NCBI GenBank assembly: GCA_015709655.1
Contig: CP054181.1
Span: 2,708,207 to 2,772,206, forward strand
DNA length: 64,000 bases
DNA from: Ignavibacteria bacterium
Lineage (GTDB): Bacteria > Bacteroidota > Ignavibacteria > Kapaibacteriales > Kapaibacteriaceae
Direction: 5' to 3'
Position numbers and translations under genes: made by a program. Position 1 is the first letter of the stretch. Each line of letters starts with the position of its first letter. This document shows, in pieces, positions 38,830-48,842 of this stretch. The notes under the pieces are model-generated. The model was not told the origin of the DNA and searched no databases. It was given only the letters and a program-made list of their open reading frames with translations.

Positions 38830-39485
38830 CCGGTTTAATGCTGGGGATAGCCGGCAGTATGCACTGTGTGGGTATGTGCGGCCCAATTGCAATCGTTGCA
38901 GGCAGGAATATCCCATACCATCTTGGACGAATCATCAGCTACACCATGCTTGGTATCCTGGTTGGCCTGGGCTCTGGGGTGATAACACTGTATGTAACAG
39001 GACAGTGGGTAAGCATCATTGCAGGATCTCTTATGGTGCTCACGGCCATTGTACAACTGATATTTCATCGTACCGTTGTTCCCTCTGCGTCAGTACTCCG
39101 CCTAACGACTCCAATACGAAATCGGTTAGGGACGTTACTCCAAAGCAGAGCTGCTGGTGCGCGTTTGGGTATTGGGCTGTTAAACGGGCTGTTGCCATGC
39201 GGTCTGGTGGTTAGTGCGATATTGGGAGCAGCAGGGACGGGTAACACCTGGCAGGGGGCTTTCTTTATGTTCCTGTTTGGTGTTGGCACACTTCCCTCGA
39301 TGATTGCAATTGCCGTAGCCGGCAAGTTTTTTAAGGAAAAACTGAGCTCCCGGTGGCGTATGGCGCTACCCATTGCCGCACTTGTTATCGGCGTCCTTGT
39401 CACGCTTCGCGGAATGGGACTTGGCATTCCCTACGTGTCACCAGCTAACCTTTCGCCAGTTCAAACAGAAACATGCAGCCATTAG
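38817..39485 (+). CDS. DsbD_2 / TauE-like integral membrane protein with HCxGMCGP motif (thiol/metal handling), in cco cluster
   Basis: MEPLTGLMLGIAGSMHCVGMCGPIA... 6-7 TM; second conserved Cys pair (LPCGLV); start overlaps ccoH by 13 nt. Confidence 0.5.
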   Translation: MEPLTGLMLGIAGSMHCVGMCGPIAIVAGRNIPYHLGRIISYTMLGILVGLGSGVITLYVTGQWVSIIAGSLMVLTAIVQLIFHRTVVPSASVLRLTTPIRNRLGTLLQSRAAGARLGIGLLNGLLPCGLVVSAILGAAGTGNTWQGAFFMFLFGVGTLPSMIAIAVAGKFFKEKLSSRWRMALPIAALVIGVLVTLRGMGLGIPYVSPANLSPVQTETCSH

Positions 39486-39587
39486 CCCCTTCTTTTAATG
39501 GTCATCGTGGTACAGGTGGAAAATTCGTCAGCCGACAAGCAAATATGATGGTGGTTGCTTCGTGAATACACAGCAAGTAATTCTGTG

Positions 39588-39595
39588 GTATTTTT
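39588..39595 (+). promoter_or_regulatory. candidate -7 box TAttTTTG upstream of cytochrome c gene
   Basis: TAnnTTTG match 40 nt upstream of ATG 39636 in a 150-bp AT-rich intergenic region. Confidence 0.3.
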
Positions 39596-39635
39596 GTACC
39601 AATAAACTCAATATTTTACAATTCAAAGGTTTTCA

Positions 39636-40049
39636 ATGAAATCGGTAATATGGTTGATTGCGGCTGTTAGCGTAATGGTTTTCAGCGTATCGGATATGAA
39701 TGCACAGGATGTAGCAAACGGCAAAAAGGTATACGAAGGATATTGCAAAACATGTCATCAGGCAAACGGACAAGGGATGCCCAAAATCTACCCTCCGCTT
39801 GCAAAGAGTGACTATATCAAGGCTAACAGCGTTGAAACCCTGATTCGTGAGGTCGTGTTCGGACTGAGTGGCAAGGTGAAAGTTAATGGTAAGGAATATA
39901 ACGGTGTTATGACACCGCTCCCCAAGAAGTACACAGACAAGGATGTTGCCGACGTAATGACATACGTCTTCACCAATTTCGGTAATTCAAAGGGCAAGGT
40001 TACGCCAGCTCAGGTGGCCGCAGCCAAGAAAAAAGGTAAAATTAAATAA
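39636..40049 (+). CDS. class I c-type cytochrome (mono-haem, secreted)
   Basis: Signal peptide, CKTCH haem-binding motif, Met ligand region; 137 aa. Confidence 0.8.
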   Translation: MKSVIWLIAAVSVMVFSVSDMNAQDVANGKKVYEGYCKTCHQANGQGMPKIYPPLAKSDYIKANSVETLIREVVFGLSGKVKVNGKEYNGVMTPLPKKYTDKDVADVMTYVFTNFGNSKGKVTPAQVAAAKKKGKIK

Positions 40050-40052
40050 GCT

Positions 40053-41036
40053 GTGAAAAAGCAGAAAAACCCTGATCGAGCTGCCGCTGACAGGCAGCTC
40101 GATTTTTTTAGGTACATGACGATGGCTCGTGAATTTGACGCAGCCATGCTACGTTTATATCGGCAGGGGAAGGCCTTTGGTGGTGTGTATTCCCAGCTTG
40201 GTAACGAAGCCGTCAGTGTAGGCAGTGCAATGGCGCTTGAACCCAAAACGGATGTGCTGTTCCCGATGCACCGCAATGTTGGAGCACACTTTGTGTTCGG
40301 CACACAGATTGACCAGATGATGCAAAATCAACTTGCACGTCAGGGTAGTCAGATGCGAGGAACCGATGGCACCGGACACTATGCCGACCCAGCACTTCGC
40401 ATTTATGGCAACGTAAGTCACCTGGGATCGATGATACCAGTCGCTAACGGTTTTGTGCTTGCTGCACGGATGCGTGGCGAACCAACCGTGGCATTAACCT
40501 ACATTGGCGACGGTGGGGCGCAAGTGGGTGAAGTTCACGAAGCCCTGAACTTTGCATCCGTCCAAAAGCTACCTCTCGTCCTGATCATTGAGAATAATCA
40601 GTACGCCTACAGCACACCAAATTCGATGGAGTTTGCCGTTGATGAACTCAGCAAACGGGCAATCGGCTATGGGATACACGGTGAAACAATTGATGGGACC
40701 GATGTTGAACTTGTTTACGAAACATGCCGGAAAGCTGTGGAACGGGCGCGGGAAGGCAACGGACCCTCGATTATTGAAACGCGAACCATGCGCATGCGGG
40801 GGCATGCCGAGCACGATGACTTCTCGTATGTGCCCAAGGACCTTTTAGACCAGTGGGCACTCAAGGATCCCGTGAACACCTATGCGGCTGTGCTGGTACA
40901 ACGCGGCGTATTAACCGGCGAAACGGTCAAACAAATTCACGACGAGACATTTAACGCAATGGTTGCCGCAATCGACCGTACTCTGGAACTTCCGTGGCCT
41001 GACGCTTCGGAAGGAATGAAAAACGTATTTCTGTAA
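40053..41036 (+). CDS. 2-oxoacid (pyruvate/acetoin-type) dehydrogenase E1 component alpha subunit
   Basis: TPP-binding GDGG...N motif (YIGDGGAQVGEVHEALNFA...IIENNQYA); GTG start at 40053, alternative ATG at 40119. Confidence 0.8.
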   Translation: MKKQKNPDRAAADRQLDFFRYMTMAREFDAAMLRLYRQGKAFGGVYSQLGNEAVSVGSAMALEPKTDVLFPMHRNVGAHFVFGTQIDQMMQNQLARQGSQMRGTDGTGHYADPALRIYGNVSHLGSMIPVANGFVLAARMRGEPTVALTYIGDGGAQVGEVHEALNFASVQKLPLVLIIENNQYAYSTPNSMEFAVDELSKRAIGYGIHGETIDGTDVELVYETCRKAVERAREGNGPSIIETRTMRMRGHAEHDDFSYVPKDLLDQWALKDPVNTYAAVLVQRGVLTGETVKQIHDETFNAMVAAIDRTLELPWPDASEGMKNVFL

Positions 41037-41040
41037 ATGT

Positions 41041-42006
41041 ATGACCTATCTTGAAGCGATAGCCGATGCTATCAAACTTGAAATGCGTGCCGACGATCGG
41101 GTGTTCCTGATAGGCGAAGATATCGGTGTTTATGGCGGTGCTTTTAAACTCACAAAGGGATTCCTTGCCGAGTTTGGTCCACAGCGCGTTATCGACGCTC
41201 CGATCAGCGAGGCTGCCATTGTTGGTGCCGGCATTGGCGCCGCACTCAACGGAATGCGTCCGATCGTGGAAATGCAGTTTATGGATTTTATTACCAACGG
41301 ATTTAACCAGCTTGTTACCGTTGCAGGCACAACGGCATACCGATGGGGAATCCCTGTGCCAATCGTGGTTCGCGGACCATCAGGTGGCGGCGTTGGTGCC
41401 AATCCGTTCCATAGCAGAAACAGTGAAGCGTGGTTTGTTCATGCCACGGGGCTCAAGGTAGTATGCCCGGCATCGGCAACTGATGCCAAGGGGCTCATGA
41501 CAGCTGCCATCCGAGATCCGAATCCGGTTGTGTTTTTTGAGCATAAGGGCCTCTACCGCAAAATCAAGGAAGATGTCCCGAAAGGCGAGGTCTTCATTCC
41601 TCTCGGACAGGCACGAATTGCACGGCAGGGTACCGATGCAACCGTTGTGGCCTACGGTAGTGCTGTGTTCATGGCACTGGAAGCAGCCGAAATTCTGGAA
41701 AAGGAGGGGGCTAAGGTCGAGGTTGTTGATATCAGAACACTGGTACCGTTTGACGAAGAAACCGTTCTTGCTTCGGTTAAAAAAACCGGCAGAGCAGTGG
41801 TTGCTCACGAGGCAGTTCTTACAGGGGGCTTTGGCGGCGAAATCGTTGCCCGGATCACCGACAGTGCATTCAGATATCTTGATGCTCCGGTGCGCCGTGT
41901 TGCGGCGTTTGATTCGCCAACACCGTTTGCCCCAACCCTTGAAAAGGCGGTACTTCCCAATACTCTGGCAGTGGTTGACGCTCTACGATCTGTTCTACAG
42001 TTTTAA
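41041..42006 (+). CDS. 2-oxoacid dehydrogenase E1 component beta subunit
   Basis: Transketolase-like pyrimidine-binding and C-terminal domains (FLIGEDIGVYGGAFKLTKGF...); 321 aa. Confidence 0.85.
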   Translation: MTYLEAIADAIKLEMRADDRVFLIGEDIGVYGGAFKLTKGFLAEFGPQRVIDAPISEAAIVGAGIGAALNGMRPIVEMQFMDFITNGFNQLVTVAGTTAYRWGIPVPIVVRGPSGGGVGANPFHSRNSEAWFVHATGLKVVCPASATDAKGLMTAAIRDPNPVVFFEHKGLYRKIKEDVPKGEVFIPLGQARIARQGTDATVVAYGSAVFMALEAAEILEKEGAKVEVVDIRTLVPFDEETVLASVKKTGRAVVAHEAVLTGGFGGEIVARITDSAFRYLDAPVRRVAAFDSPTPFAPTLEKAVLPNTLAVVDALRSVLQF

Positions 42007-42071
42007 TTCGCGGGCAGCCACTACGTTATCATGCTGTATAAAATTCTCAGTCGTACCAATTTTCGGAGCCG

Positions 42072-42079
42072 TAAATTTG
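42072..42079 (+). promoter_or_regulatory. candidate -7 box TAaaTTTG upstream of small hypothetical gene
   Basis: TAnnTTTG match 41 nt upstream of ATG 42121. Confidence 0.25.
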
Positions 42080-42120
42080 TGCTTCGTCCGTGTTTTCATT
42101 CACACTAACACCGATAATTC

Positions 42121-42417
42121 ATGTCACGTGTCCTCTTTCGAGTTTCTTATACCATTCCCGACGGCAAGCGTTCAGAATATCTGATGCTTGTTCGTAAGCT
42201 GCATTCGTTTTATGCCGCTAATGCCGTTGACTACTCGGTATTTGAAGACAACACGAAACACAACCATTTTCAGGAAACCTACATTTATCCGTCAATAGAA
42301 GCATACGAGGCTTCGGATGATCCGGATAACACCAGGGAAATCGCCGATGTTCTGGATGCTGTGTATTCAATGGCCGACAACGTGGTGTATAATGTAGCTA
42401 AAGAAGTCACGTGGTGA
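42121..42417 (+). CDS. hypothetical protein (98 aa)
   Basis: Intact ORF in an otherwise gene-dense same-strand run, own candidate promoter; no recognisable motif. Confidence 0.4.
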   Translation: MSRVLFRVSYTIPDGKRSEYLMLVRKLHSFYAANAVDYSVFEDNTKHNHFQETYIYPSIEAYEASDDPDNTREIADVLDAVYSMADNVVYNVAKEVTW

Positions 42418-42421
42418 GATC

Positions 42422-43693
42422 ATGCTGCCTGCCTACCGTAGCCAGCCGGTAGTTTTTGGATTGCCCGACATTCCGTTTGTTCAAAGCGAATGTGTTTCGC
42501 TGTATGGCCTGAAACCGCCACCTGAACATCATGGCAGCAGAACGGTTAAAGATCACATACGAACAACATTATTCAGCATCCTCGGAGCACGGTTTAAAAC
42601 CAGGATATCAACGCCGGAACTTGTGGCTTCTTCTACACCAGTGAGGGTTCTGGTGTTCAGATACGATGCCGTGGGCGATTATATCGTAACCTCACCATTC
42701 GTCCGCTGGCTTGCCGAAAATGTTCCCAATGTTGAGATTGACGTGATCTCGTCAACCAGAAACATTGACCTGATTAGGAACGACCCGTTCGTTCACTCGG
42801 TTACGGCTATTCATCCGGGACACATACCGCATATTTCGTGGTTCAATGTGTATAAACATGTCCGAAACAGACGGCCCGATGCCGTTGCAGCCCTTGTTTT
42901 TACAAAGATGACAAAGGCAGCGGTGCTTACCGCTCTTGCTGGTCCACGGGCGATACGGCTTACCATTGAGCATTCAGAACGTAAGGATATTTACGGAAGA
43001 GTATTCGATATTCAGGTACAACACAAACAGGCGGGTGCCCACTGGATGGAAACAATGGCAACGGTTGGCCCGGCATTGTTTCATACCAGGCAAGCTGAAC
43101 CCCGGCCATACGTTGTACTGGAACAGAGAGCCCAGCAGCGTGTAGCCGATATGCTGCTCACACTTGGCGTTGGGTACAGTACCAATACCGGTAAAGGAAT
43201 AGTGGCAGCCAAGGGTGAGACCATGCAAACGATGAGTACCAGTGGATTGAAGTATGTGGTGCTCAACATCAGCGCATACTCGCCAAACCGGCAATGGAGT
43301 GCTGAGAATGCAGTGACAGCCGCTGGTGCAATTGCACAGGCGCTGCCATACACAGTGTGCTTTGTAACGGGAGCCCCCTCAAACTATCGTGAACTCGAGG
43401 TTGAGCTCCAGCGCACGCACGTGCCGGGTACACACCTGTGGAAAGGTTCGCTGCCTGAACTGGTGGCGCTGACTGCAGGTGCACAGGCTGTGGTTACGCC
43501 CGATACAGCAGTGCTGCACATGGCTGCAACCGCCGGAGTTCCAGTGGTGGGACTGTATGCCGAACTGATTAAGGTTGCTGAATGGTATCCGTTGGGGACA
43601 ACGTTCCGGGCTATTCTGAGTCCGGATCCCTATACAATTAACGCGATACCCCCAAATCTTGTTGCCGAACAAACTGTACAGCTGCTGCCATGA
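42422..43693 (+). CDS. glycosyltransferase family 9 (heptosyltransferase-like)
   Basis: GT9 N-terminal motif ILVFRYDAVGDYIVTSPFVRWL and C-terminal GxxxxxD/TG region. Confidence 0.65.
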   Translation: MLPAYRSQPVVFGLPDIPFVQSECVSLYGLKPPPEHHGSRTVKDHIRTTLFSILGARFKTRISTPELVASSTPVRVLVFRYDAVGDYIVTSPFVRWLAENVPNVEIDVISSTRNIDLIRNDPFVHSVTAIHPGHIPHISWFNVYKHVRNRRPDAVAALVFTKMTKAAVLTALAGPRAIRLTIEHSERKDIYGRVFDIQVQHKQAGAHWMETMATVGPALFHTRQAEPRPYVVLEQRAQQRVADMLLTLGVGYSTNTGKGIVAAKGETMQTMSTSGLKYVVLNISAYSPNRQWSAENAVTAAGAIAQALPYTVCFVTGAPSNYRELEVELQRTHVPGTHLWKGSLPELVALTAGAQAVVTPDTAVLHMAATAGVPVVGLYAELIKVAEWYPLGTTFRAILSPDPYTINAIPPNLVAEQTVQLLP

Positions 43694-44796
43694 TAAAGTC
43701 AGCTGAATTGGCTTTTCGCAGGTGGTTTAACCGTTGGTTTCAGTCTGACAAGAAACCTGTAGCCATAAGCAGGGTTCACGACACGTTTTCGTTGTCGGCA
43801 GTGCCACGGATCCTTTTCCTGCGTCAGGATAGGATAGGCGACGTTCTAATCAGTACTCCCGTACTGGATGCAATTCGCACAACGTATCCTAAAGCACAGA
43901 TCGGCATCGTGCTGAGTAGTAATAACATTGCCGTTCGCAATGCGGCCGAGCCTTACGTGAACATCGTACACGTGTATTCGCGGACAGCTCCCGGCCTGGC
44001 ATCACTCATACGAGAAATTCGTAAGAAAAAATATGATGTTGTTGTTGATCTGATGGATAACCCATCTGCCACATCAGGGTTACTGTGCAGGTTCAGCGGT
44101 ACCCGGTACCGTCTGGGAATTTCCAAGGAAAACGATGGAGTGTACACTCATGTTGTACCAATGTTGCCAAGGGATTCCGTTCATATTAGCCGCCGAATTG
44201 CAGAGCTACTCAAAGCATTTGGAATCGATCCCGAAAAGGTCAGCCTGATTCCACGGTATCCGATTACTTCGTATGAATGCGATGGTGCGAAGGCGGCACT
44301 GGGCACTGACGTCGGGCCCGGTATTCGACTTGGCGTGGTTGCCAGCGGAAGCTCTAACAATAAACAATATCCCGCGGAAAGAATGGCAGGTGTATTAAAT
44401 ACACTTATAAAATCACACCCGTCCCTGAAGGTATATCTGTTTGCCGACCCGAAAAACTACAATTGGGTTTGCCGGGTAGAAAGTCTGACGCCGGCGAAAC
44501 CAGCCCCGTATTCTGCTACGTTTCACGATGCAGCAGTTCAGATGTCAGCCATGGACGTTGTGCTAACGCCCGACACCAGTTTCGTCCACGTTGCCGGAGC
44601 TCTTGGGTTGCCGGTTTGTGTGATGTACATCCAGCCGCATCAGGACCTGTATCCGTGGTATCCGCTGGGTGCACGCTACGAGGCTCTGATTACCAAAACA
44701 AATCAGATTGCAGATATTCCGGAATCGGAAATTGTCGCTGCAATAGAACGACTGTTTGCATATTGCGGACATTCAGAGGATAACCATGAACTATAA
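43690..44796 (+). CDS. glycosyltransferase family 9 (heptosyltransferase-like), second paralog
   Basis: ILFLRQDRIGDVLISTPVLDAIR GT9 signature; ATGA overlap with upstream GT9. Confidence 0.65.
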   Translation: MIKSAELAFRRWFNRWFQSDKKPVAISRVHDTFSLSAVPRILFLRQDRIGDVLISTPVLDAIRTTYPKAQIGIVLSSNNIAVRNAAEPYVNIVHVYSRTAPGLASLIREIRKKKYDVVVDLMDNPSATSGLLCRFSGTRYRLGISKENDGVYTHVVPMLPRDSVHISRRIAELLKAFGIDPEKVSLIPRYPITSYECDGAKAALGTDVGPGIRLGVVASGSSNNKQYPAERMAGVLNTLIKSHPSLKVYLFADPKNYNWVCRVESLTPAKPAPYSATFHDAAVQMSAMDVVLTPDTSFVHVAGALGLPVCVMYIQPHQDLYPWYPLGARYEALITKTNQIADIPESEIVAAIERLFAYCGHSEDNHEL

Positions 44797-46552
44797 ACAG
44801 CGAACAGTAACATGTGGCGCACTTCGCCCCGAAGATGCCGGTAAGGCCGTTGTCCTAAACGGTTGGGTTAATGCTCACCGCAATTACGGCAGCGTTCACT
44901 TTATTGACGTGAGAGACAGGGAGGGAGTTACGCAGATCGTGATAGATGCTGCAGACCGTCCGGATCTCTCGGCACTGATCAAGGATGTGCGCTCCGAATG
45001 GGTTATCTGGGCAGCTGGTACCGTTCGTCTTCGGGAGAACCCAAACCCCAATATTCCAACCGGTTTGGTGGAAATCGATGTTGCTGATGTCGGAGTCATC
45101 AATCGGAGCGAGGTTCCGCCATTCGAGGTGGTCAATGATCTTGCCACGAACGAAGAACTGCGCTTAGAGTACCGATATCTTGACTTGCGGCGTCCTCTCA
45201 TGCAATCGTATCTGTTGCTTCGCAACAAGCTGTATCAGCTTACGCACAAGTTCTTCGAGCAGGAGGGATTTGTAGAGGTTGAAACGCCGGTGCTAACACG
45301 GAGCACACCCGAAGGCGCACGAGACTTCCTGGTGCCAAGCCGTCTGAATCAGGGCAGATTCTACGCATTGCCACAGAGTCCGCAGCTGTTTAAACAGCTT
45401 CTCATGGTTGCGGGGTTCGATAAGTATATGCAAATCGTAAAGGCATTTCGCGACGAAGACTTGCGAGCTGACCGTCAGCCAGAGTTTACACAGATCGACG
45501 TTGAGATGAGTTTTGTTGATCAGGCAGATGTCATGGGGGTTGCTGAACGGTTTGTTCAGGTGGTCTGGCATGAACTGCTGGGAGTGTCTGTGCAACTTCC
45601 ATTACCGCGGATCACGTATGCTGATGCTATGAACACGTATGGTACTGACAAACCGGATTTGCGGTACGATCTGCCACTGAAAACCATTACAAACGATGTG
45701 AAGGAATGCTCGTTTTCACTATTCAAGGAGGCTGCAGCTCAGAATCGGACGGTTAAGGTTTTGCGAGTGCCTGACGCTGCCACGTTCAGTCGTAAACAGA
45801 TTGATGAGTTAACGGATCATGCCCGTATTCATGGCGCACAGGGACTTCCGTATCTGAAATACGCTGGCAGTGAACTTACCGGTTCGTTTGCCAAACAGCT
45901 GACGGATGGCGACAAAGTAACCCTGGTTAGCGCTTGTGGTGCCAAAGATGGTGACCTGCTCCTTTTCTCGGCAGACGAATGGGAACGCTCGTGTGTGATT
46001 CTGGGTGCACTTCGGGTAGAAGTAGCCCGAAGACTCGATTTACCGGCACAAACCAAAGCCCCTTTCGCAATGCTGTGGGTAACCGAGTTTCCGCTGTTGG
46101 AGCATGACCCGCAGGAAGCACGTTGGGTTGCTCGGCATCATCCGTTTACCAGCCCAATGGTCGAAGATATTGGAATGCTTGACGAGGATCCGACAGCCGT
46201 GCGCGCAAGGGCGTATGACCTGGTTATCAACGGGTACGAAGCTGCCGGCGGATCGATACGTATTCATGACAGAACAGTGCAACAGAAGATGTTTGCACTG
46301 ATCGGGATGTCGGCAGAAGAAGCCGAGGCAAAGTTCGGCTTCCTGCTAAAAGCGCTTCGCTACGGTGCTCCGCCACATGGTGGTATTGCCTTTGGGTTTG
46401 ACAGGCTGACGATGCTGCTGAGCGGGACAAACAATATTCGCGAAGTGATTGCATTTCCAAAAACAACATCAGGTTTGTCGCTCATGGATAAATGTCCGTC
46501 TGCTGTTGACGATACCCAGCTTGCCGATCTTGGTATAGGACTCCGAAAATGA
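44786..46552 (+). CDS. aspS: aspartyl-tRNA synthetase
   Basis: OB-fold anticodon-binding N-terminus, class II motifs (FRDEDLRADRQPEFTQIDVE, GGSIRIHD, GLDRL); ATG 44786 (MNYKQRT) preferred over track start 44756. Confidence 0.9.
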   Translation: MNYKQRTVTCGALRPEDAGKAVVLNGWVNAHRNYGSVHFIDVRDREGVTQIVIDAADRPDLSALIKDVRSEWVIWAAGTVRLRENPNPNIPTGLVEIDVADVGVINRSEVPPFEVVNDLATNEELRLEYRYLDLRRPLMQSYLLLRNKLYQLTHKFFEQEGFVEVETPVLTRSTPEGARDFLVPSRLNQGRFYALPQSPQLFKQLLMVAGFDKYMQIVKAFRDEDLRADRQPEFTQIDVEMSFVDQADVMGVAERFVQVVWHELLGVSVQLPLPRITYADAMNTYGTDKPDLRYDLPLKTITNDVKECSFSLFKEAAAQNRTVKVLRVPDAATFSRKQIDELTDHARIHGAQGLPYLKYAGSELTGSFAKQLTDGDKVTLVSACGAKDGDLLLFSADEWERSCVILGALRVEVARRLDLPAQTKAPFAMLWVTEFPLLEHDPQEARWVARHHPFTSPMVEDIGMLDEDPTAVRARAYDLVINGYEAAGGSIRIHDRTVQQKMFALIGMSAEEAEAKFGFLLKALRYGAPPHGGIAFGFDRLTMLLSGTNNIREVIAFPKTTSGLSLMDKCPSAVDDTQLADLGIGLRK

Positions 46553-47403
46553 ACCGCCGACACGTGATCGGTTTACTGCTATCCCTGCCGCTGATACCAA
46601 GGCGGTCTTTGGGATTCATGGATGATGGTGTGCCGACGTCACGGTTTGAACGAATTCTGCAGGCGGCCCGCCAGGAGCACTGGAATACGCTTCCGATTGG
46701 CAAGCGTATGATAAATATCGCAACATTCTTTATGGGCGTCCCGTACGTTGGCGGAACGCTTGAAACTCAACCGGAAGTGTGTACTGTGAATCTTGAGGCC
46801 TTGGACTGTGTTACGTTTTTTGAAGTGGTCCTCAATATTGCCCGCATGATCGATCACCATGGTAGCACGTTCGAAGACCTTGTCAACGAAGTTACATACA
46901 CACGGTACCGCCAAGGGAAGCTGAATGGGTACGTTTCACGACTACATTACACTGCCGAATGGATTGCTGACAACATTGAAAAAAACGTTATTCATGACGT
47001 TACACCGGATATGGGCGGAGAGCCGTTCCCGGTTAATGTAAACTTTATGAGTTCGCATCCAAAGTTCTACAAGCCACTCCAGGACCATCCCGAGCTGGTA
47101 GAAGCGATGGCTGCAATTGAACGACACATCAATACCATCCCACGGACCTATATACCCAAAGAAAAGATTGCCGATGCGGAGCACTTGATGCAGCAGGGTG
47201 ATATTATCGCCATTACAACATCAAAGGCCGGCCTTGATTATGCCCATACGGGATTAATTAACCGCACAGATGGAAAGGCCCGTTTTATGCATGCCTCTAC
47301 AACCCACAAAAAAGTTGTACTTGATGATACGATCGGCAACTATGTGCTCTCCGTAAAAAGCCATACAGGAATTTCCGTACTGCGTCCGGTTGTTTCTGCG
47401 TAG
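46549..47403 (+). CDS. DUF1460-like (amidase-like) protein
   Basis: 284 aa, N-terminal signal/TM, conserved region GVPYVGGTLE...EALDCVTFFEVVLNIARM; ATGA overlap with aspS. Confidence 0.4.
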   Translation: MNRRHVIGLLLSLPLIPRRSLGFMDDGVPTSRFERILQAARQEHWNTLPIGKRMINIATFFMGVPYVGGTLETQPEVCTVNLEALDCVTFFEVVLNIARMIDHHGSTFEDLVNEVTYTRYRQGKLNGYVSRLHYTAEWIADNIEKNVIHDVTPDMGGEPFPVNVNFMSSHPKFYKPLQDHPELVEAMAAIERHINTIPRTYIPKEKIADAEHLMQQGDIIAITTSKAGLDYAHTGLINRTDGKARFMHASTTHKKVVLDDTIGNYVLSVKSHTGISVLRPVVSA

Positions 47404-47418
47404 TCCCAGGCATTGTTG

Positions 47419-48117
47419 TTACTGTCCCGTCTGTCGCCCTTCCGCACTGTCAGCCGGACGACAATACTGCAGAAGCTGAAGTACTTCATCGAGTTGCTTC
47501 CGTTGCTGAAGCAGGATGTGGTCAACCTTTTCATGCAGCAGCTTAATCTCGAGCTCTGCCTTTAGGTTCACCTGATAGTCATGTTCAGAACGCATTCTGT
47601 CTTTTTCTTCCTGCCGGTTCTGACTCATCATGATAATGGGAGCCTGAATTGCCGCAAGGCACGACAAAACCAGATTCAGCAGAATAAACGGATAGGGATC
47701 AAAAGGATGGACTGTAACAAACCAAATATTGACTATCATCCAAAGAACGATAAACCCCATGAATGACAGGATGAACGTCCAGCTACCCCCAAAATCTGCA
47801 ATTCTGTCGGCAATGCGCTGTCCCAGAGACAGTGACGCATCGATACCGGGTTCGATATTATCAGCAATGACGGAGTTTCCGGTAATTGCCTGGATTACCT
47901 CGATATCCACGTCGGACAGTTCCTCGGTTTTTTGCTGGATGAGATGTACCATATACAACCGTCGGAATGTGTTCAGCTCCTTCATGCTGATCCAGCCGTC
48001 CAATGTAATGTCAGGATGCGAGCATCGGATAAACTCAAGGAGTTCCGGCTTAATATCCTTACCAGCCACAGCCTCATAATTCTGAAGTGCAGTTCCCGAA
48101 ACCGAACTTATTACCAT
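47419..48117 (-). CDS. DUF1003-family membrane protein
   Basis: Two TM helices flanking DPYPFILLNLVLSCLAAIQAPIIMMSQNRQ signature, C-terminal coiled coil. Confidence 0.55.
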   Translation of the reverse strand: MVISSVSGTALQNYEAVAGKDIKPELLEFIRCSHPDITLDGWISMKELNTFRRLYMVHLIQQKTEELSDVDIEVIQAITGNSVIADNIEPGIDASLSLGQRIADRIADFGGSWTFILSFMGFIVLWMIVNIWFVTVHPFDPYPFILLNLVLSCLAAIQAPIIMMSQNRQEEKDRMRSEHDYQVNLKAELEIKLLHEKVDHILLQQRKQLDEVLQLLQYCRPADSAEGRQTGQ

Positions 48118-48138
48118 GGTGCCTCCGAATTCTTGTGT

Positions 48139-48840
48139 TTACTGATCCGGCTGGATGCTGCTCAACGCCTTGGCAACATCTTCCGGTGTAATGGCGTACC
48201 CAGCAATTTCCGACAACGAAATGCTGCTTCGCTGAAGTGCAGCTTTAAAGATGGTCTTGCGCTCATCAGGGATTGGCATGAGTTCAGACAGGAGAAGATG
48301 CTCGGGGCCGCATAAAATGGAACCATGCTGAAGAACGATGCCATTGACTACCCGCTGCGCGCTACCTACAACCTTGCGTCCGTTTACCATAATCTCAGAT
48401 TTTGCACTGGTAGCAAAACAGGCTTGTCCCAGGTCAGAGCCAGATGCGTAATGTGAGCGCAAATCGTGTCCGACGGTATCAAACTCCAGCAGCCACCCAT
48501 TATCGCCCAGCACCTGTATCAGGGCTTTGTGAATCGTCTGGTGGATCTTGGCATACACCTCTTGAGGTTTGCCACAAGCAACAACGCAATACGTTAGTTC
48601 GTTGGCATGGAGTACAGCACGACCACCGGTAGGGCGGTGAACAACATCAATGGAATAACGGCGGGCAGCCACGGCGTCAATGGCAGCGATGTCCTGGTGT
48701 TTACCCAGCGAGAGGGCCCACGGATGCCAGGTGTAGGTGCGCCACCGGTATATGCCATGGGTAATCGGTGCATCGAGCATCGCAACATCCTTGCTCATGT
48801 TTTGGCTGCCGGTTGCGGGGCCGTCAAACGGGATTTCCAT
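48139..48840 (-). CDS. lipoate-protein ligase family protein (BPL/LPL catalytic domain only; LplA/LipM-like)
   Basis: HRPTGGRAVLHANELTY matches LplA RRxTGGGAVxHD..N motif; 233 aa lacks LplA C-terminal domain. Confidence 0.6.
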   Translation of the reverse strand: MEIPFDGPATGSQNMSKDVAMLDAPITHGIYRWRTYTWHPWALSLGKHQDIAAIDAVAARRYSIDVVHRPTGGRAVLHANELTYCVVACGKPQEVYAKIHQTIHKALIQVLGDNGWLLEFDTVGHDLRSHYASGSDLGQACFATSAKSEIMVNGRKVVGSAQRVVNGIVLQHGSILCGPEHLLLSELMPIPDERKTIFKAALQRSSISLSEIAGYAITPEDVAKALSSIQPDQ

Positions 48841-48842
48841 GG

